From sequence record PQ826431.1: 64,000 nucleotides of DNA; one strand, 5' to 3'. Below are positions 9,544-19,427 of this stretch, one piece after another (within the stretch, counting starts at the first letter, position 1; each line of letters opens with the position of its first letter). The stretch is from a phage. The notes beneath the pieces are model-generated. The model ran no database searches, had not been told where the DNA came from, and was given only the letters and a program-made list of their open reading frames with translations. Both the position numbers and the translations under genes were made by a program.

Positions 9544-9960
9544 GTGTTACTAGATCAATTTACTCTCCTTGATCTAACTGAATACCAAGGCCGTAGACGA
9601 GTCTACAAAGAGGCAGTTGGTTCAGTTATTGCTAACTTAGAAAGTAGTGTAGAATATGAACCATTTACTATTGAAGCGGCAAGCTTACAACCGATATCTG
9701 GTAAAACACTGAATGCACTACCTGAAGGTTACAGATCTAAGGCTCAATATAGTTTCTGGACTAAAACAGAAATGAAGGGGTTACAACAAGGAACAGAACA
9801 GTTATCAGATCAGATATTGATAGATGGTAAATGGTATTCTGTTTATTCCCTTAAAGATTGGACCAGAACATCTTTCTTAGTCCATCATCACTGTGTTGCG
9901 ATATTAGACGATCAAAACAACTCCTGGTCTTATGGAACAGAAGGAGGAAACTTTGGCTAA
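9544..9960 (+). CDS. hypothetical structural protein
   Basis: ORF 9511-9960; likely GTG start at 9544 after AAGGAG. Confidence 0.35.
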   Translation: MLLDQFTLLDLTEYQGRRRVYKEAVGSVIANLESSVEYEPFTIEAASLQPISGKTLNALPEGYRSKAQYSFWTKTEMKGLQQGTEQLSDQILIDGKWYSVYSLKDWTRTSFLVHHHCVAILDDQNNSWSYGTEGGNFG

Positions 9961-10591
9961 TATTTACCAACAAATAGAAGCATACGAAAATGCCATCTAC
10001 TTAAATATAGGTGGCTTCCTTCAAGAATTAGTGGGGTTGCCAGTCTATGTTATGGATAAGCCATTCATTAAACCGGATACTCCTTACCTAGCACTACGTA
10101 TTATCACTTCCAGCGATTCTGGAGGTTGGTCTTACCGAAGCTCTATTCAAAATGATATGTATTCCTACGAGATGGATAATACCTACGAGATTGAACTTGT
10201 AGCCTATCGTGGAAGACCTACCACTTTGATGAGCTATGTTCTGGCTGCTCTCCGTGGTGCAGAGGAATTAAAATACAAACATCTCTATTCTAAAGGTCTT
10301 GGTTTTTTAGGAGCCTCTAATATAGCTCAAGCCAATACAATTGTAGACGGAGATAAGACTGAATTAAGAGCGCGTATGGTTATGACGTTCAACACTCGTA
10401 TGAGTATTGAAGATATTGCTACTACACCAATAGAAGCAATCAACATGCACATCCGTTCATTCAGAGATAGTTACAATGATCCTATCCCTTTAGATTTAAT
10501 TCTAAACAGGGTTTATGCAATTACTTTGGTTCCAGGCGAATACTCGTCAGTTAATCAAAATGGATCATTATTTAACAACCCTACCGAATAA
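9932..10591 (+). CDS. hypothetical tail-completion protein
   Basis: ORF; alternative TTG start near 9953 has a strong AAGGAGG RBS. Confidence 0.35.
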   Translation: MEQKEETLANIYQQIEAYENAIYLNIGGFLQELVGLPVYVMDKPFIKPDTPYLALRIITSSDSGGWSYRSSIQNDMYSYEMDNTYEIELVAYRGRPTTLMSYVLAALRGAEELKYKHLYSKGLGFLGASNIAQANTIVDGDKTELRARMVMTFNTRMSIEDIATTPIEAINMHIRSFRDSYNDPIPLDLILNRVYAITLVPGEYSSVNQNGSLFNNPTE

Positions 10592-10625
10592 ACTCATTGG
10601 AATTAAGTTTCTAACAGGAGCATAA

Positions 10626-11999
10626 ATGGCAACTTTTCGTGAAAAGGTAGCAACCGTAACTTTACTGTATGGTGCTACATCAATTCGTGAAACCCAGTTC
10701 GATATTCCCCTGATCCTTACAGGTCAGAACGTAACTGGCGAAGCGATTCAATATTACTCTTCTTCCGATGCACTTTTGGAAGCAGGTTATGGATTAAATG
10801 ATCCAGCGTATATTATGGCAGTCAAACTGTTTAACGGTTTGTTCCCACCAGATCAAGTCATGGTTGGTAAGCGTGAAGTTACAAACTTTACTCTAACTCC
10901 AATCGTAGAAGATAGTGCAACTTACACAATTACCATCAAAAATGGTACCAAGAAAAAAGAATTTAAATTCATTGCTGATGACACTGCAACTGCACAAGAG
11001 ATTGTAGTTGGTCTGACTGAAATGATCAATGCAGATCTTGTTTATGGCCCACTGTTTACAGTAGCTAACAACGGCGCTGCAATGACTTTCACTCCAGTAG
11101 AAGGTAAGTTTGGTTCTATTGACAGCACAGGTTTCACTCAAGAAACTGTCTATGCTAATGCTATTACGGAAGATATTGCTGCTCTGCATGATATTGATAG
11201 TAGCTGGTTCTGGACCCTTTCAGATTCCCATGAAACAGAAGATGTTCTAGCTTTGGCTGCATGGGTAGAAGAGAATGATAAAGTTTACTTCTTCTCTAGC
11301 TCTGAACCTGGAATTAAAACGAAAGCAGAAGATAACGTTCTGGAACGACTGAATGACCTCGGTTATAATAACACTTGCTTTGCTTTGTGGATGACCGATG
11401 CAGATTCTGTATTCCCAGAAGCAGCAGTTGTTGGTGCAATCTGTTCTCGTCAGCCTGGTTTAACTACTCTTCACGGTAAAACACTGGTAGGTGTAGAGAT
11501 CGAGAAACTGGATCAGACTTCGGAAAACAATATTGTTCAACAGAACGGTAACATCTATCGTAAAGAGCATGGAACTCTGTTCTATCGTGATGGATTGATG
11601 GTTAGCGGTTTCTTTGTTGACTATGTTGTTCATGCTTTGTGGTTTAAAGCTCGCACAGAAGAATCACTGTTTACACTGTTTAAACAACAGTCTATGCTGG
11701 GTGGTGGTGTTCGTGCTACTTCAAACGGTCTGGCTTTGATTCGACAAGCTGTTCTGGCTAACCCGATCCAAGTAGGTATCCTCAACGGTTCCATCGCTAA
11801 TGAAGTTGTTACTTCTGAAGAGACTGGTTTGCGTGTCGATCTGAAACCTATTGTTTATATTCCTTCTCGTGCTGATATGACTGATGCGCAAATCAATGCT
11901 CGTCTGGTCGATGGGATGAAGATTGAATATGTTTACGCTGGCTTCTTCCATTACGTTAAAGTTCAGGTCAACGTCCTGACTAACCGTACTGCAAACTAA
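10626..11999 (+). CDS. putative tail sheath protein
   Basis: 457 aa protein followed by about 160 aa tube-sized protein, chaperone pair and tape measure. Confidence 0.55.
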   Translation: MATFREKVATVTLLYGATSIRETQFDIPLILTGQNVTGEAIQYYSSSDALLEAGYGLNDPAYIMAVKLFNGLFPPDQVMVGKREVTNFTLTPIVEDSATYTITIKNGTKKKEFKFIADDTATAQEIVVGLTEMINADLVYGPLFTVANNGAAMTFTPVEGKFGSIDSTGFTQETVYANAITEDIAALHDIDSSWFWTLSDSHETEDVLALAAWVEENDKVYFFSSSEPGIKTKAEDNVLERLNDLGYNNTCFALWMTDADSVFPEAAVVGAICSRQPGLTTLHGKTLVGVEIEKLDQTSENNIVQQNGNIYRKEHGTLFYRDGLMVSGFFVDYVVHALWFKARTEESLFTLFKQQSMLGGGVRATSNGLALIRQAVLANPIQVGILNGSIANEVVTSEETGLRVDLKPIVYIPSRADMTDAQINARLVDGMKIEYVYAGFFHYVKVQVNVLTNRTAN

Positions 12000-12045
12000 T
12001 ACGGCGGGGGTTAAGCCCCCGTTATCAAAATAAAGAGGATCTATA

Positions 12046-12525
12046 ATGGATAAAATGCTTACTGGCGTAATGGCCTACGACCCATCTCAAGTTATCCTTT
12101 CATTAGGTGGTTGGGAACCGTGGGGTTTTGCGGCTGATACTAAAATCGTTATTGCTAAATCTAACGATATTATCAACCCTTATTCAGGGACTGATGGTGA
12201 CGTTTCACTAGCTTTGAGTCGTAACCGTTTGGGAACACTCACAATGTCTTTGCAACGCACATCTCCAGCTAATGAAGTACTTGCAACATATGCACAAACA
12301 ATGTATTCTACTCGTCAAGTAGCATTCAGCGTTTACTTGGAAGACCCACGTGGCTATTACATTAGCACGATTGGATGGATTCAAAGTCAGCCTGAAGATA
12401 CTATTGGCGAAATGATTACAGAGAACCAATGGGTTATTGGTCTTAAAGATGCAAGCCTTCTGCGTAATGAAGTTGGTGTAGGTTTGAGCACCCTTAACTC
12501 AATCTCTGCTCTGACAATTCAATAA
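12046..12525 (+). CDS. putative tail tube protein
   Basis: 159 aa between sheath and chaperone genes; followed by strong terminator. Confidence 0.5.
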   Translation: MDKMLTGVMAYDPSQVILSLGGWEPWGFAADTKIVIAKSNDIINPYSGTDGDVSLALSRNRLGTLTMSLQRTSPANEVLATYAQTMYSTRQVAFSVYLEDPRGYYISTIGWIQSQPEDTIGEMITENQWVIGLKDASLLRNEVGVGLSTLNSISALTIQ

Positions 12526-12532
12526 TAAATAA

Positions 12533-12552
12533 AGGGCAGAAATGCCCTTTTT
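12533..12552 (+). terminator. rho-independent terminator
   Basis: AGGGCA-GAAA-TGCCCT hairpin then TTTTT. Confidence 0.6.
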
Positions 12553-12570
12553 ATCATTAGAGAGGAAAAT

Positions 12571-13053
12571 ATGTCACAAGAACAAGATAACACAATTCAA
12601 AAATATGCTCGACCAGAAGAAGTAGTTGAGATTCCGTTAGATGGAAACAGATCTGTTACTTTCCGTATTATGAAGTGGAGTCCATCTAAAGTGTTTGACA
12701 GGATTCCAGAATTGGGTAGTGTTCTGGTTGTTCCTATGACTATGTACAGCACAGCAACAATGTCCGCAGACGAAGACCTTGAGTCACGTATTGCTATGGC
12801 ACTGATCCAACTTTTTGCAGGTTTGGAAGAAAAGAATTTAACTGTCTTTTTGCGTAAAATTTTAGATGAGGTTTATACTCAAGACGGTTATAACGTTGCA
12901 GAAAATTTTGACGAATTATTTATGGCTCACCCAGAACTAGTGTTAGATCTTACTGCTAAAGTTCTGGAGGTAAACTACGGCCCTTTTTTCAAACGAGGTT
13001 TCGGAAAACTGTTCACACAGCTTCAGGCGATGACGAGTTTAGCAGCAAATTAA
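12571..13053 (+). CDS. tail assembly chaperone (G-like, frame 1 product)
   Basis: Position between tube and tape measure; contains slippery heptamer near its 3' end. Confidence 0.55.
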   Translation: MSQEQDNTIQKYARPEEVVEIPLDGNRSVTFRIMKWSPSKVFDRIPELGSVLVVPMTMYSTATMSADEDLESRIAMALIQLFAGLEEKNLTVFLRKILDEVYTQDGYNVAENFDELFMAHPELVLDLTAKVLEVNYGPFFKRGFGKLFTQLQAMTSLAAN

Positions 13054-13319
13054 CACCTGCGATTGAACATGCTATCGACACAGCAACGAAAACCCTTACT
13101 TTGAAGTGGTATGAGGTTATTCTTTGCAAAGTCGTTAAAGATACCTCGGAAACACTGAAAACATTGGATAACTACGGTGTAGATTATCTTTTAAAACTAT
13201 ATGAGTATTTAACATACGAAGAGTATGTTGAAGCCATGTATGTTAAAGACACTTCAATAAAGAGAAAACATCAAAACCAGACAAATAAAATGTCAGATTT
13301 GTTTAAGAAACTTGTTTAA
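12571..13319 (+). CDS. tail assembly chaperone frameshift fusion product (GT-like)
   Basis: Joins ORF 12571-13053 with ORF 13101-13319 through a -1 shift at about 12990; the -1 frame has no stop between 12990 and 13319. Confidence 0.5.
12984..12990 (+). other. -1 programmed ribosomal frameshift slippery site T_TTT_TTC
   Basis: Heptamer in X_XXY_YYZ register in the chaperone frame; -1 frame stays open to 13319. Confidence 0.55.
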
Positions 13320-13339
13320 TCCAACACGAGGAACATACT

Positions 13340-15328
13340 TTGTTAGAAATTAACGCCTCCAAAATTAGTAACGTGGTTACGTTTAAGGTGGACAAGAACA
13401 GTCTCAAGGAAGCAAAAGATGCCGTGTTGAGTGTTCAGAAGTTTGCAAATAAAATGCAACCCACTATGAACATGACCAAGTTTAGACAACAAATGAAAGA
13501 GATTGAGCGTGAACTTAAGAAAGCTCAAACTCAAAGTCAAAAACCTATGCGAGCACCTACTCCCGCTGGAGCGGGTGCTCCTGTAGGTGGATCTGGCAGA
13601 CCAAGAACTCCTAAAACCCCGCAAGGAAGAGAAGAAGAAAAAGCTCGTAAAGCGGCTGAACGCGAAGCTAAAGCAGCAGCACGTAGGGAAGACTTAGGTA
13701 ATCTTCGTTTGCAAAACTTTAACTACCGAGCAAAAGCATTTAGTAAAGCCAGCCCTGGCGCTATACAAGAAGCTAGAGACGTTATGGGTAAAGCTGTAGA
13801 GCAATACAAAAAGGGTGAAATAACTCTTCAACGTATGAACCAAGCTCTTGCTCACCAGTTAGATGCCTTACGCAGATCTCATCGTGAAAAGAATGCTGAA
13901 ATAGAAGACGAGGTTCGCGGTCGTCGCCGTATTCGTAGAGAGCTAGAAGCAGAAGCTAAAATGCGTATACGTATGCGAAATCGTGAACTTAGAGATATAG
14001 AACGCAACCGTAAGCGTGAATTAGCTCAACAAAAACGTGATCGTGATCGTCGATATGGACAATTAAAAGAAGGTGCAGCAGGTCTTAATCCACGTATGAT
14101 TGCATCCTCTTTGATAGGTGCTGGGCTGTTTGCAGGTGGTTCTGTAGTTGGTAACACGTTGATGAATACTAACGAAAGAATTAAACTTGTAAGTCGTGGC
14201 GCTGAAAACGTTCAGACAAACGCCAACGCTATTTTGGCAATGACAGCTTGGGGTGAACAGAACGGTGTAGACTCTGCAAATATTATTAAATCAATAGATA
14301 ATATTAAAGACGTTCGTGAACGTCTTGGTAATACAGTTTTAGCCTCAAAATGGAATGAGAAAGAAGGGAAGTGGAAAGGCGGTGATAATGGCATAAATGA
14401 CATTATGAACTTGTTTGGATGGAATCCAGAACAGCTTAAACCTTTACAGAACGACCCTTTAGCTTTTATTCAGGCTACTGTTAATGAAGGTGAGCGTCGA
14501 GGTATGAACTCTGCTCAAATCGGGCGACTTCTTGAAAACCTTGGTGACGACCTTATGCACTACCAGCGCATGTTTAGTAAAAACGGCGAAGGGTATAATG
14601 AGGTATTGAAAATGCTTCAAAGAACAGGTGCAACATTAACTCAAGAACAAATAGATGCTTCTAAAGAGTTTACTCGTTTTGCTGCAACAGTTCAGCTTGT
14701 AGGTCAAGGTATGCAGAACCATTTCTTAGAGGGTTTTGTGAAAGCCTTACCTAAAGATGATTCTTGGTTGGATAACGTTAAAGTGCTAGATCAGTTTGCC
14801 AAAGATTTAGGTGAAGAACTTGGTAAAACAACAGTTCAACTTGGTGGTTTTGCTAAAGAATTGGGAGATGGTTTCGGATCTTTTACCAATTGGCTTAAAG
14901 AAACATTCCCAGATACCTTCGGAGACAACACAGATCCTAATAAATCTATGGCACAAAAAGCATACGAGGCAACGCAAAGTGGAGACAGTAACCCTGTAGC
15001 AGATTGGTTGTACAATTTAACAGGTATTGATACACAAGATATTGGTCGTATGTGGAGAGGAGAACAAACAAGGACACGTGCTTTTGGATTTGGTAATCCT
15101 CTTGAAGATTTACGTGAATCAGCCTATACACCTAACGTAAGTTTGGCTCGTAATCAACCTGTTGTTGAGAATACGGTAGCAATACCAAGTGATCTTATCA
15201 AAGTTACGATCAGTCCTTCTTCCGAGTTTGGAAATATTCTTGATGCAAGAATTCAAAATAGCGGAAATAGCATTTTCCAACGTTTGTCTCTTTCAACTCT
15301 AAGTGGACAATCTAGCACTGGTGGTTAA
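13340..15328 (+). CDS. tail tape measure protein
   Basis: 662 aa, Arg/Glu-rich coiled-coil (RRRIRRELEAEAKMRIRMRNRELRDIERNRKRELAQQKRDRDRR), hydrophobic Gly-rich segment; follows chaperone pair. Confidence 0.7.
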   Translation: MLEINASKISNVVTFKVDKNSLKEAKDAVLSVQKFANKMQPTMNMTKFRQQMKEIERELKKAQTQSQKPMRAPTPAGAGAPVGGSGRPRTPKTPQGREEEKARKAAEREAKAAARREDLGNLRLQNFNYRAKAFSKASPGAIQEARDVMGKAVEQYKKGEITLQRMNQALAHQLDALRRSHREKNAEIEDEVRGRRRIRRELEAEAKMRIRMRNRELRDIERNRKRELAQQKRDRDRRYGQLKEGAAGLNPRMIASSLIGAGLFAGGSVVGNTLMNTNERIKLVSRGAENVQTNANAILAMTAWGEQNGVDSANIIKSIDNIKDVRERLGNTVLASKWNEKEGKWKGGDNGINDIMNLFGWNPEQLKPLQNDPLAFIQATVNEGERRGMNSAQIGRLLENLGDDLMHYQRMFSKNGEGYNEVLKMLQRTGATLTQEQIDASKEFTRFAATVQLVGQGMQNHFLEGFVKALPKDDSWLDNVKVLDQFAKDLGEELGKTTVQLGGFAKELGDGFGSFTNWLKETFPDTFGDNTDPNKSMAQKAYEATQSGDSNPVADWLYNLTGIDTQDIGRMWRGEQTRTRAFGFGNPLEDLRESAYTPNVSLARNQPVVENTVAIPSDLIKVTISPSSEFGNILDARIQNSGNSIFQRLSLSTLSGQSSTGG

Positions 15329-15335
15329 TAAAATA

Positions 15336-15360
15336 CCTCGCTTCGGCGGGGTTTTTTCGT
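15336..15360 (+). terminator. rho-independent terminator after tape measure gene
   Basis: CCTCGC-TTCG-GCGGGG hairpin then TTTTTTCGTTT. Confidence 0.65.
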
Positions 15361-15365
15361 TTCCC

Positions 15366-15395
15366 TTGACACGAAGTTTCTATATGTGTTACAAT
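15366..15395 (+). promoter_or_regulatory. putative strong sigma70 promoter for baseplate operon
   Basis: TTGACA, 18 nt spacer, TGtTACAAT extended -10. Confidence 0.5.
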
Positions 15396-15454
15396 AATCA
15401 ATATGGGAAGATCTTGCATCTTCCTTTTGGCATTATCATTACTACGAGGTTATC

Positions 15455-16156
15455 ATGGCAGCAATGACTCCACAACAGTCGGTGAGAGCCGTCTATAAGG
15501 CAGAACAGGAAATCAACTCTACCGAGAATAAAAATACCTCGGCATCTACTGTAAAGGGTGATAATGGTTTCTGCATTTTAGCAAGTGTTTATAATAGTTC
15601 AAGTGATCAATACATTCAAAACTTTAAAGCAATTACTTTCGATTCAGTCCCTGAAGTAGGTGTAACTCGTGAGGCAGATGTTACAAGTTTTCCAGTAGAA
15701 TCGGGATCGGATGTAAGCGACCACGTTCAAATAAAAAACAACAGATTTAAACTTTCAGGTATAATTACCGAAACACCAATTCGGCTCATGCGAGATCAAT
15801 TATACAGTGCAGGTGTAAATGGGGCAAGGATTTCTCAAGCAATAGAATATCTAGATCAAATATTTGAGTCAAGACAACCAATAGTTCTTTTGACAGAACA
15901 CAGAACTTTTGAAAATGTTATTCTCAAAGGTTATTCGTATGATTATAAATCTGAATTTGCTATGCAATTTGATTTAGAGTTTGAACAAATCCGTCTCGTT
16001 TCTAAGGCCACTACTAACGCTATTGCTGTAAAAACAGCACCAAATAAGTCAACTGGTGGTGATGTGAAAGGTCAAGTTGCTTCTAATGGTCCTAAGTCAG
16101 ATATTACAGTAAGAACTGCTGAAGCTACTAATACCCCAACAAACAATGGAGGTTAA
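15455..16156 (+). CDS. hypothetical tail/baseplate protein
   Basis: First ORF of post-tape-measure block. Confidence 0.35.
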   Translation: MAAMTPQQSVRAVYKAEQEINSTENKNTSASTVKGDNGFCILASVYNSSSDQYIQNFKAITFDSVPEVGVTREADVTSFPVESGSDVSDHVQIKNNRFKLSGIITETPIRLMRDQLYSAGVNGARISQAIEYLDQIFESRQPIVLLTEHRTFENVILKGYSYDYKSEFAMQFDLEFEQIRLVSKATTNAIAVKTAPNKSTGGDVKGQVASNGPKSDITVRTAEATNTPTNNGG

Positions 16157-16158
16157 TA

Positions 16159-16572
16159 GTGACAACTTATTCTAAAACAACAAGGTCTACAAGTAATACT
16201 GGCTACAGTGCAGTTTATCTGGAGGACCATTCTACTTATTTTGCATGGTATCTGAAAACTGAAGAGTACCCTGATCAAACATATACAGTTACATTGGATG
16301 GAGTTGATTATGACATTCGTTTAAGGTGGAACACTAGGGACGAATCTTGGCAATGTCAAATGGGATTATCTGGAGATGATCCGAGTATAAGTTTCAAAGT
16401 TACAAATGGTTTAGATCTTCTTAAACCTTATAAATATCTTGAAAGTGTACCAGATGGTCAATTGTATATAGTAGATACAGTTAAGATTAATGGTCGTCCT
16501 GGGTATACAACTACAGGTCGAGATAAACGTTTTGTATTGGTTTATATTGATAACAAACCTAATCAGGCGTAA
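16159..16572 (+). CDS. hypothetical tail/baseplate protein
   Basis: ORF, compact spacing. Confidence 0.3.
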   Translation: MTTYSKTTRSTSNTGYSAVYLEDHSTYFAWYLKTEEYPDQTYTVTLDGVDYDIRLRWNTRDESWQCQMGLSGDDPSISFKVTNGLDLLKPYKYLESVPDGQLYIVDTVKINGRPGYTTTGRDKRFVLVYIDNKPNQA

Positions 16573-16581
16573 GGAGATAAT

Positions 16582-17592
16582 ATGGCAGAAAGAGAGTATA
16601 CAAAAGCTCCTGCCCCTAATTTAAACAGGGCATACAAATTATTAATTGGTTCTGCCACAAACACAATACAGAAGAGAACTAAGAACTCGGCATTTAAATC
16701 TACAGTAGATTTGGATACCAAGTTAGGGACAACAGAAAAATCCTCTTCTAATTTGTATTTGTTGCAAGACCATCAAATAACCTTCAGTATTAAGAAAGAT
16801 AATAACAAAGATCCTAACCAAGCAGAGATTGTAGTTTATAACCTTTCAGATGATACTGTTAACTATATAAACCGTGGTATCCGAAATAACTTGGCTGTTG
16901 CTTTAGCGGTAGGATACGAAGGTGAAGAGTTGGTTATGATCTTCAAAGGAACTATCCAGTGGGTTAGTGATACTTTTGACTCGGTAGACAGGAAAACCAC
17001 TTTACACTGTTTGGATGGTGGTATTAACATTGCAGAAGCAAGAACAAGCCGCAGCTATCCAAAAGGAACTAAAATCAAACGTGTTGTGACAGATTTGGTA
17101 AAGGATTTAGGGACTACAGAAGGTAATATACATGTAGACAATGACCAAACACTGTCTTCAGCAACAGCTATGTGTGGAAACACTTCACATTACCTAGAAC
17201 ATATTTGTAAGAGTATTGATCACAATGTGTCAATACAAGACGGATCTGTTTATGTTACTCCACGTTCCCAAATGTCTAGTGCACGTAGCGCCTACATTAG
17301 TCCTGAAACTGGTTTAATAGGAAGCCCAGAACCATTCCACAATGATATTAAACCTACTAAAAAAGTTACCAAATCCTCTAAGAAGGCAAAGAAACCTACA
17401 GATGGTGTTAAATTCAAATGCCAAATGAATGGTGCAATATTACCAGAAAAAACAATCTGGTTAAAAAGCCGAGATTATGATGGTCCATTTAAAGTAGTTT
17501 CTGTTTCTCACAACGGAGATAAAGAAGGTAAAGAGTGGGTTACTGAAGTGGAGTGTGTATCCGTGTCTGAAATAATGACTAAGGAGAAATAA
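16582..17592 (+). CDS. putative baseplate hub protein
   Basis: 336 aa ORF immediately upstream of spike-like gene; call by position. Confidence 0.3.
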   Translation: MAEREYTKAPAPNLNRAYKLLIGSATNTIQKRTKNSAFKSTVDLDTKLGTTEKSSSNLYLLQDHQITFSIKKDNNKDPNQAEIVVYNLSDDTVNYINRGIRNNLAVALAVGYEGEELVMIFKGTIQWVSDTFDSVDRKTTLHCLDGGINIAEARTSRSYPKGTKIKRVVTDLVKDLGTTEGNIHVDNDQTLSSATAMCGNTSHYLEHICKSIDHNVSIQDGSVYVTPRSQMSSARSAYISPETGLIGSPEPFHNDIKPTKKVTKSSKKAKKPTDGVKFKCQMNGAILPEKTIWLKSRDYDGPFKVVSVSHNGDKEGKEWVTEVECVSVSEIMTKEK

Positions 17593-18326
17593 TGGATGCA
17601 TTGAATTTTGTCACAGCAATGCGTGGCTTAATGACAGAACAATTAGCAGAAGTCCATACAGCCTTGCCAGTCCGTGTGACTGGCGTTAATTATGGTGCTA
17701 AGACTGTCACCTTAGAATCTATTGTTAAAAACACACGATCTAGTGAAGATGAAATAGATTATCCTACTTTTGAAGATGTTCCTTTCATGGTTAATGGTGG
17801 TGGGACAGGAAGAATCTCATTCCCTATTAAATCAGGAGATTTAGGGACCGTTATATTTTCTGAACGAGATCCTTCTAATGCACTGCAAACTAGTGGGGAA
17901 ACTTCTTCATCATCCACTTTTATGCAGCCTTGTGGATTATACCCTATTTGTTTTATTCCCAAAATAGCTACAGGAACAGATTCAACAGAAGCTGTAGATT
18001 CTGAAAAGGTAGTTATTTCTAATAACAAAAACACGTACGCTTCTTTCGACCCTACAGGTAATATTTCAATATGGAATAGTCAAGGGATGAAAATAGACAT
18101 TACTACCTCCGGTATTACTATTACAGATGGCACAGGGACTTTGGATCTAAAAGGTGGTAATTTAACTTTCAAAGGCGGCGTAGCAGATATTAATGGTCTT
18201 AAAATAGATCAGAACGGTTTGATGACAGATGGTAATGGCATCGGATTCCATACTCACACGCACACGGTTCGTAACATTCAGAGCGGTAGCTCAAGTGCCG
18301 AGTCCTTAAAACCAACAGGAGCCTAA
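17592..18326 (+). CDS. putative baseplate central spike (gpV-like)
   Basis: C-terminal Gly/Thr beta-rich region ending GIGFHTHTHTV (His-x-His apex motif). Confidence 0.4.
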   Translation: MDALNFVTAMRGLMTEQLAEVHTALPVRVTGVNYGAKTVTLESIVKNTRSSEDEIDYPTFEDVPFMVNGGGTGRISFPIKSGDLGTVIFSERDPSNALQTSGETSSSSTFMQPCGLYPICFIPKIATGTDSTEAVDSEKVVISNNKNTYASFDPTGNISIWNSQGMKIDITTSGITITDGTGTLDLKGGNLTFKGGVADINGLKIDQNGLMTDGNGIGFHTHTHTVRNIQSGSSSAESLKPTGA

Positions 18327-18327
18327 C

Positions 18328-18954
18328 ATGGGAATCCCTTTTGACTTAAAACTTGGACCAAACAACGACCTCATCATGGATGATGGGGATTTGGTCCTCA
18401 CCACAACCAGAACAGAAATTGCAGCACAAACTCTTGGGATAACTCTGAACACGTATCGTGGGGAGTGGTTTTTAAATACTAACTTCGGTGTTCCTTACTT
18501 ACAAGAGATTATTGGTGTTGCTAGAAAGAAAGATATTGTAGACAGAATATTTTTAGCAGAGATTGCCAAAAACGTTTACATAGATACAATAAACAGTTAT
18601 AAATCTGCTTATGATATGGATCAACGTTATTACTCAATGACAGTTATGGTCACAGTTGGAGCAGATACAGTAACATCTATATTCAATACTCAACCTTCTG
18701 AAGAGTTTATTTACCCTGAAGCTGGTGAAGACAATGCAGCGATCATTTGTGAAGCTTACAGTATTGTTGAGAATTCGAATAGACTTTATCGCTTTATCAA
18801 CTTTGTTGGTTTGCCACGTGATACCTACTCTACTTGGTGGAATGAATGGTCTACAGAGTCAGCAGTGGAAAGAATCATGGTTAACGAAAAAGGTGATGCA
18901 TTAGCTACAAACAATGACTTCGGTATAACAGCTATGACAGGAGTAGAAGAGTAA
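18328..18954 (+). CDS. hypothetical baseplate protein
   Basis: ORF in baseplate block. Confidence 0.3.
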   Translation: MGIPFDLKLGPNNDLIMDDGDLVLTTTRTEIAAQTLGITLNTYRGEWFLNTNFGVPYLQEIIGVARKKDIVDRIFLAEIAKNVYIDTINSYKSAYDMDQRYYSMTVMVTVGADTVTSIFNTQPSEEFIYPEAGEDNAAIICEAYSIVENSNRLYRFINFVGLPRDTYSTWWNEWSTESAVERIMVNEKGDALATNNDFGITAMTGVEE

Positions 18955-19427
18955 TGGCAGATTTAACTACGATCAAAATTTCTGATCTTACACAAACAAC
19001 CTCTGTGTCTGATACAGATTTCTTTGTAACAGATCAGGCTGGAATAACAAAGAAAACTTCTTTGAAAGTGCTGTTGAGTGGTGCAGGGGTAACTAGAAAC
19101 CGTCTGAATGCACGGGGAACAGTAACTAGCACCTTGGCATTAGATATTAGTTCAGCAGAATATTTTTCAGCAACTTTATCTTCTGCAACGTGCACAATTA
19201 GTTTTACTAATATTCCAGTAGCAACAAATGCAGTTTTAAACTTTACTTTAGCTTTGCGTCAAGGAAGTGGTGCAAATAAAGTCGTATGGCCTTCTTCTGT
19301 AAAATGGAGTTTTGGTCGCCCCCCAGTTTTGAGTTATCGTCAAGGTGCAACAGACACTTTTGAGTTTATCAGTTATGATAATGGAGCAACTTGGACAGGT
19401 AGCTTAGTTTTAGCAGGAGTTATTTAA
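18954..19427 (+). CDS. hypothetical tail protein
   Basis: ORF, start codon overlaps upstream stop. Confidence 0.3.
   Translation: MADLTTIKISDLTQTTSVSDTDFFVTDQAGITKKTSLKVLLSGAGVTRNRLNARGTVTSTLALDISSAEYFSATLSSATCTISFTNIPVATNAVLNFTLALRQGSGANKVVWPSSVKWSFGRPPVLSYRQGATDTFEFISYDNGATWTGSLVLAGVI

Noticed and set aside
12004-12021. GC hairpin after the sheath gene as a terminator
   Set aside because: Perfect 6 bp GC stem but no downstream T-tract; more likely an RNA stability element than a terminator.
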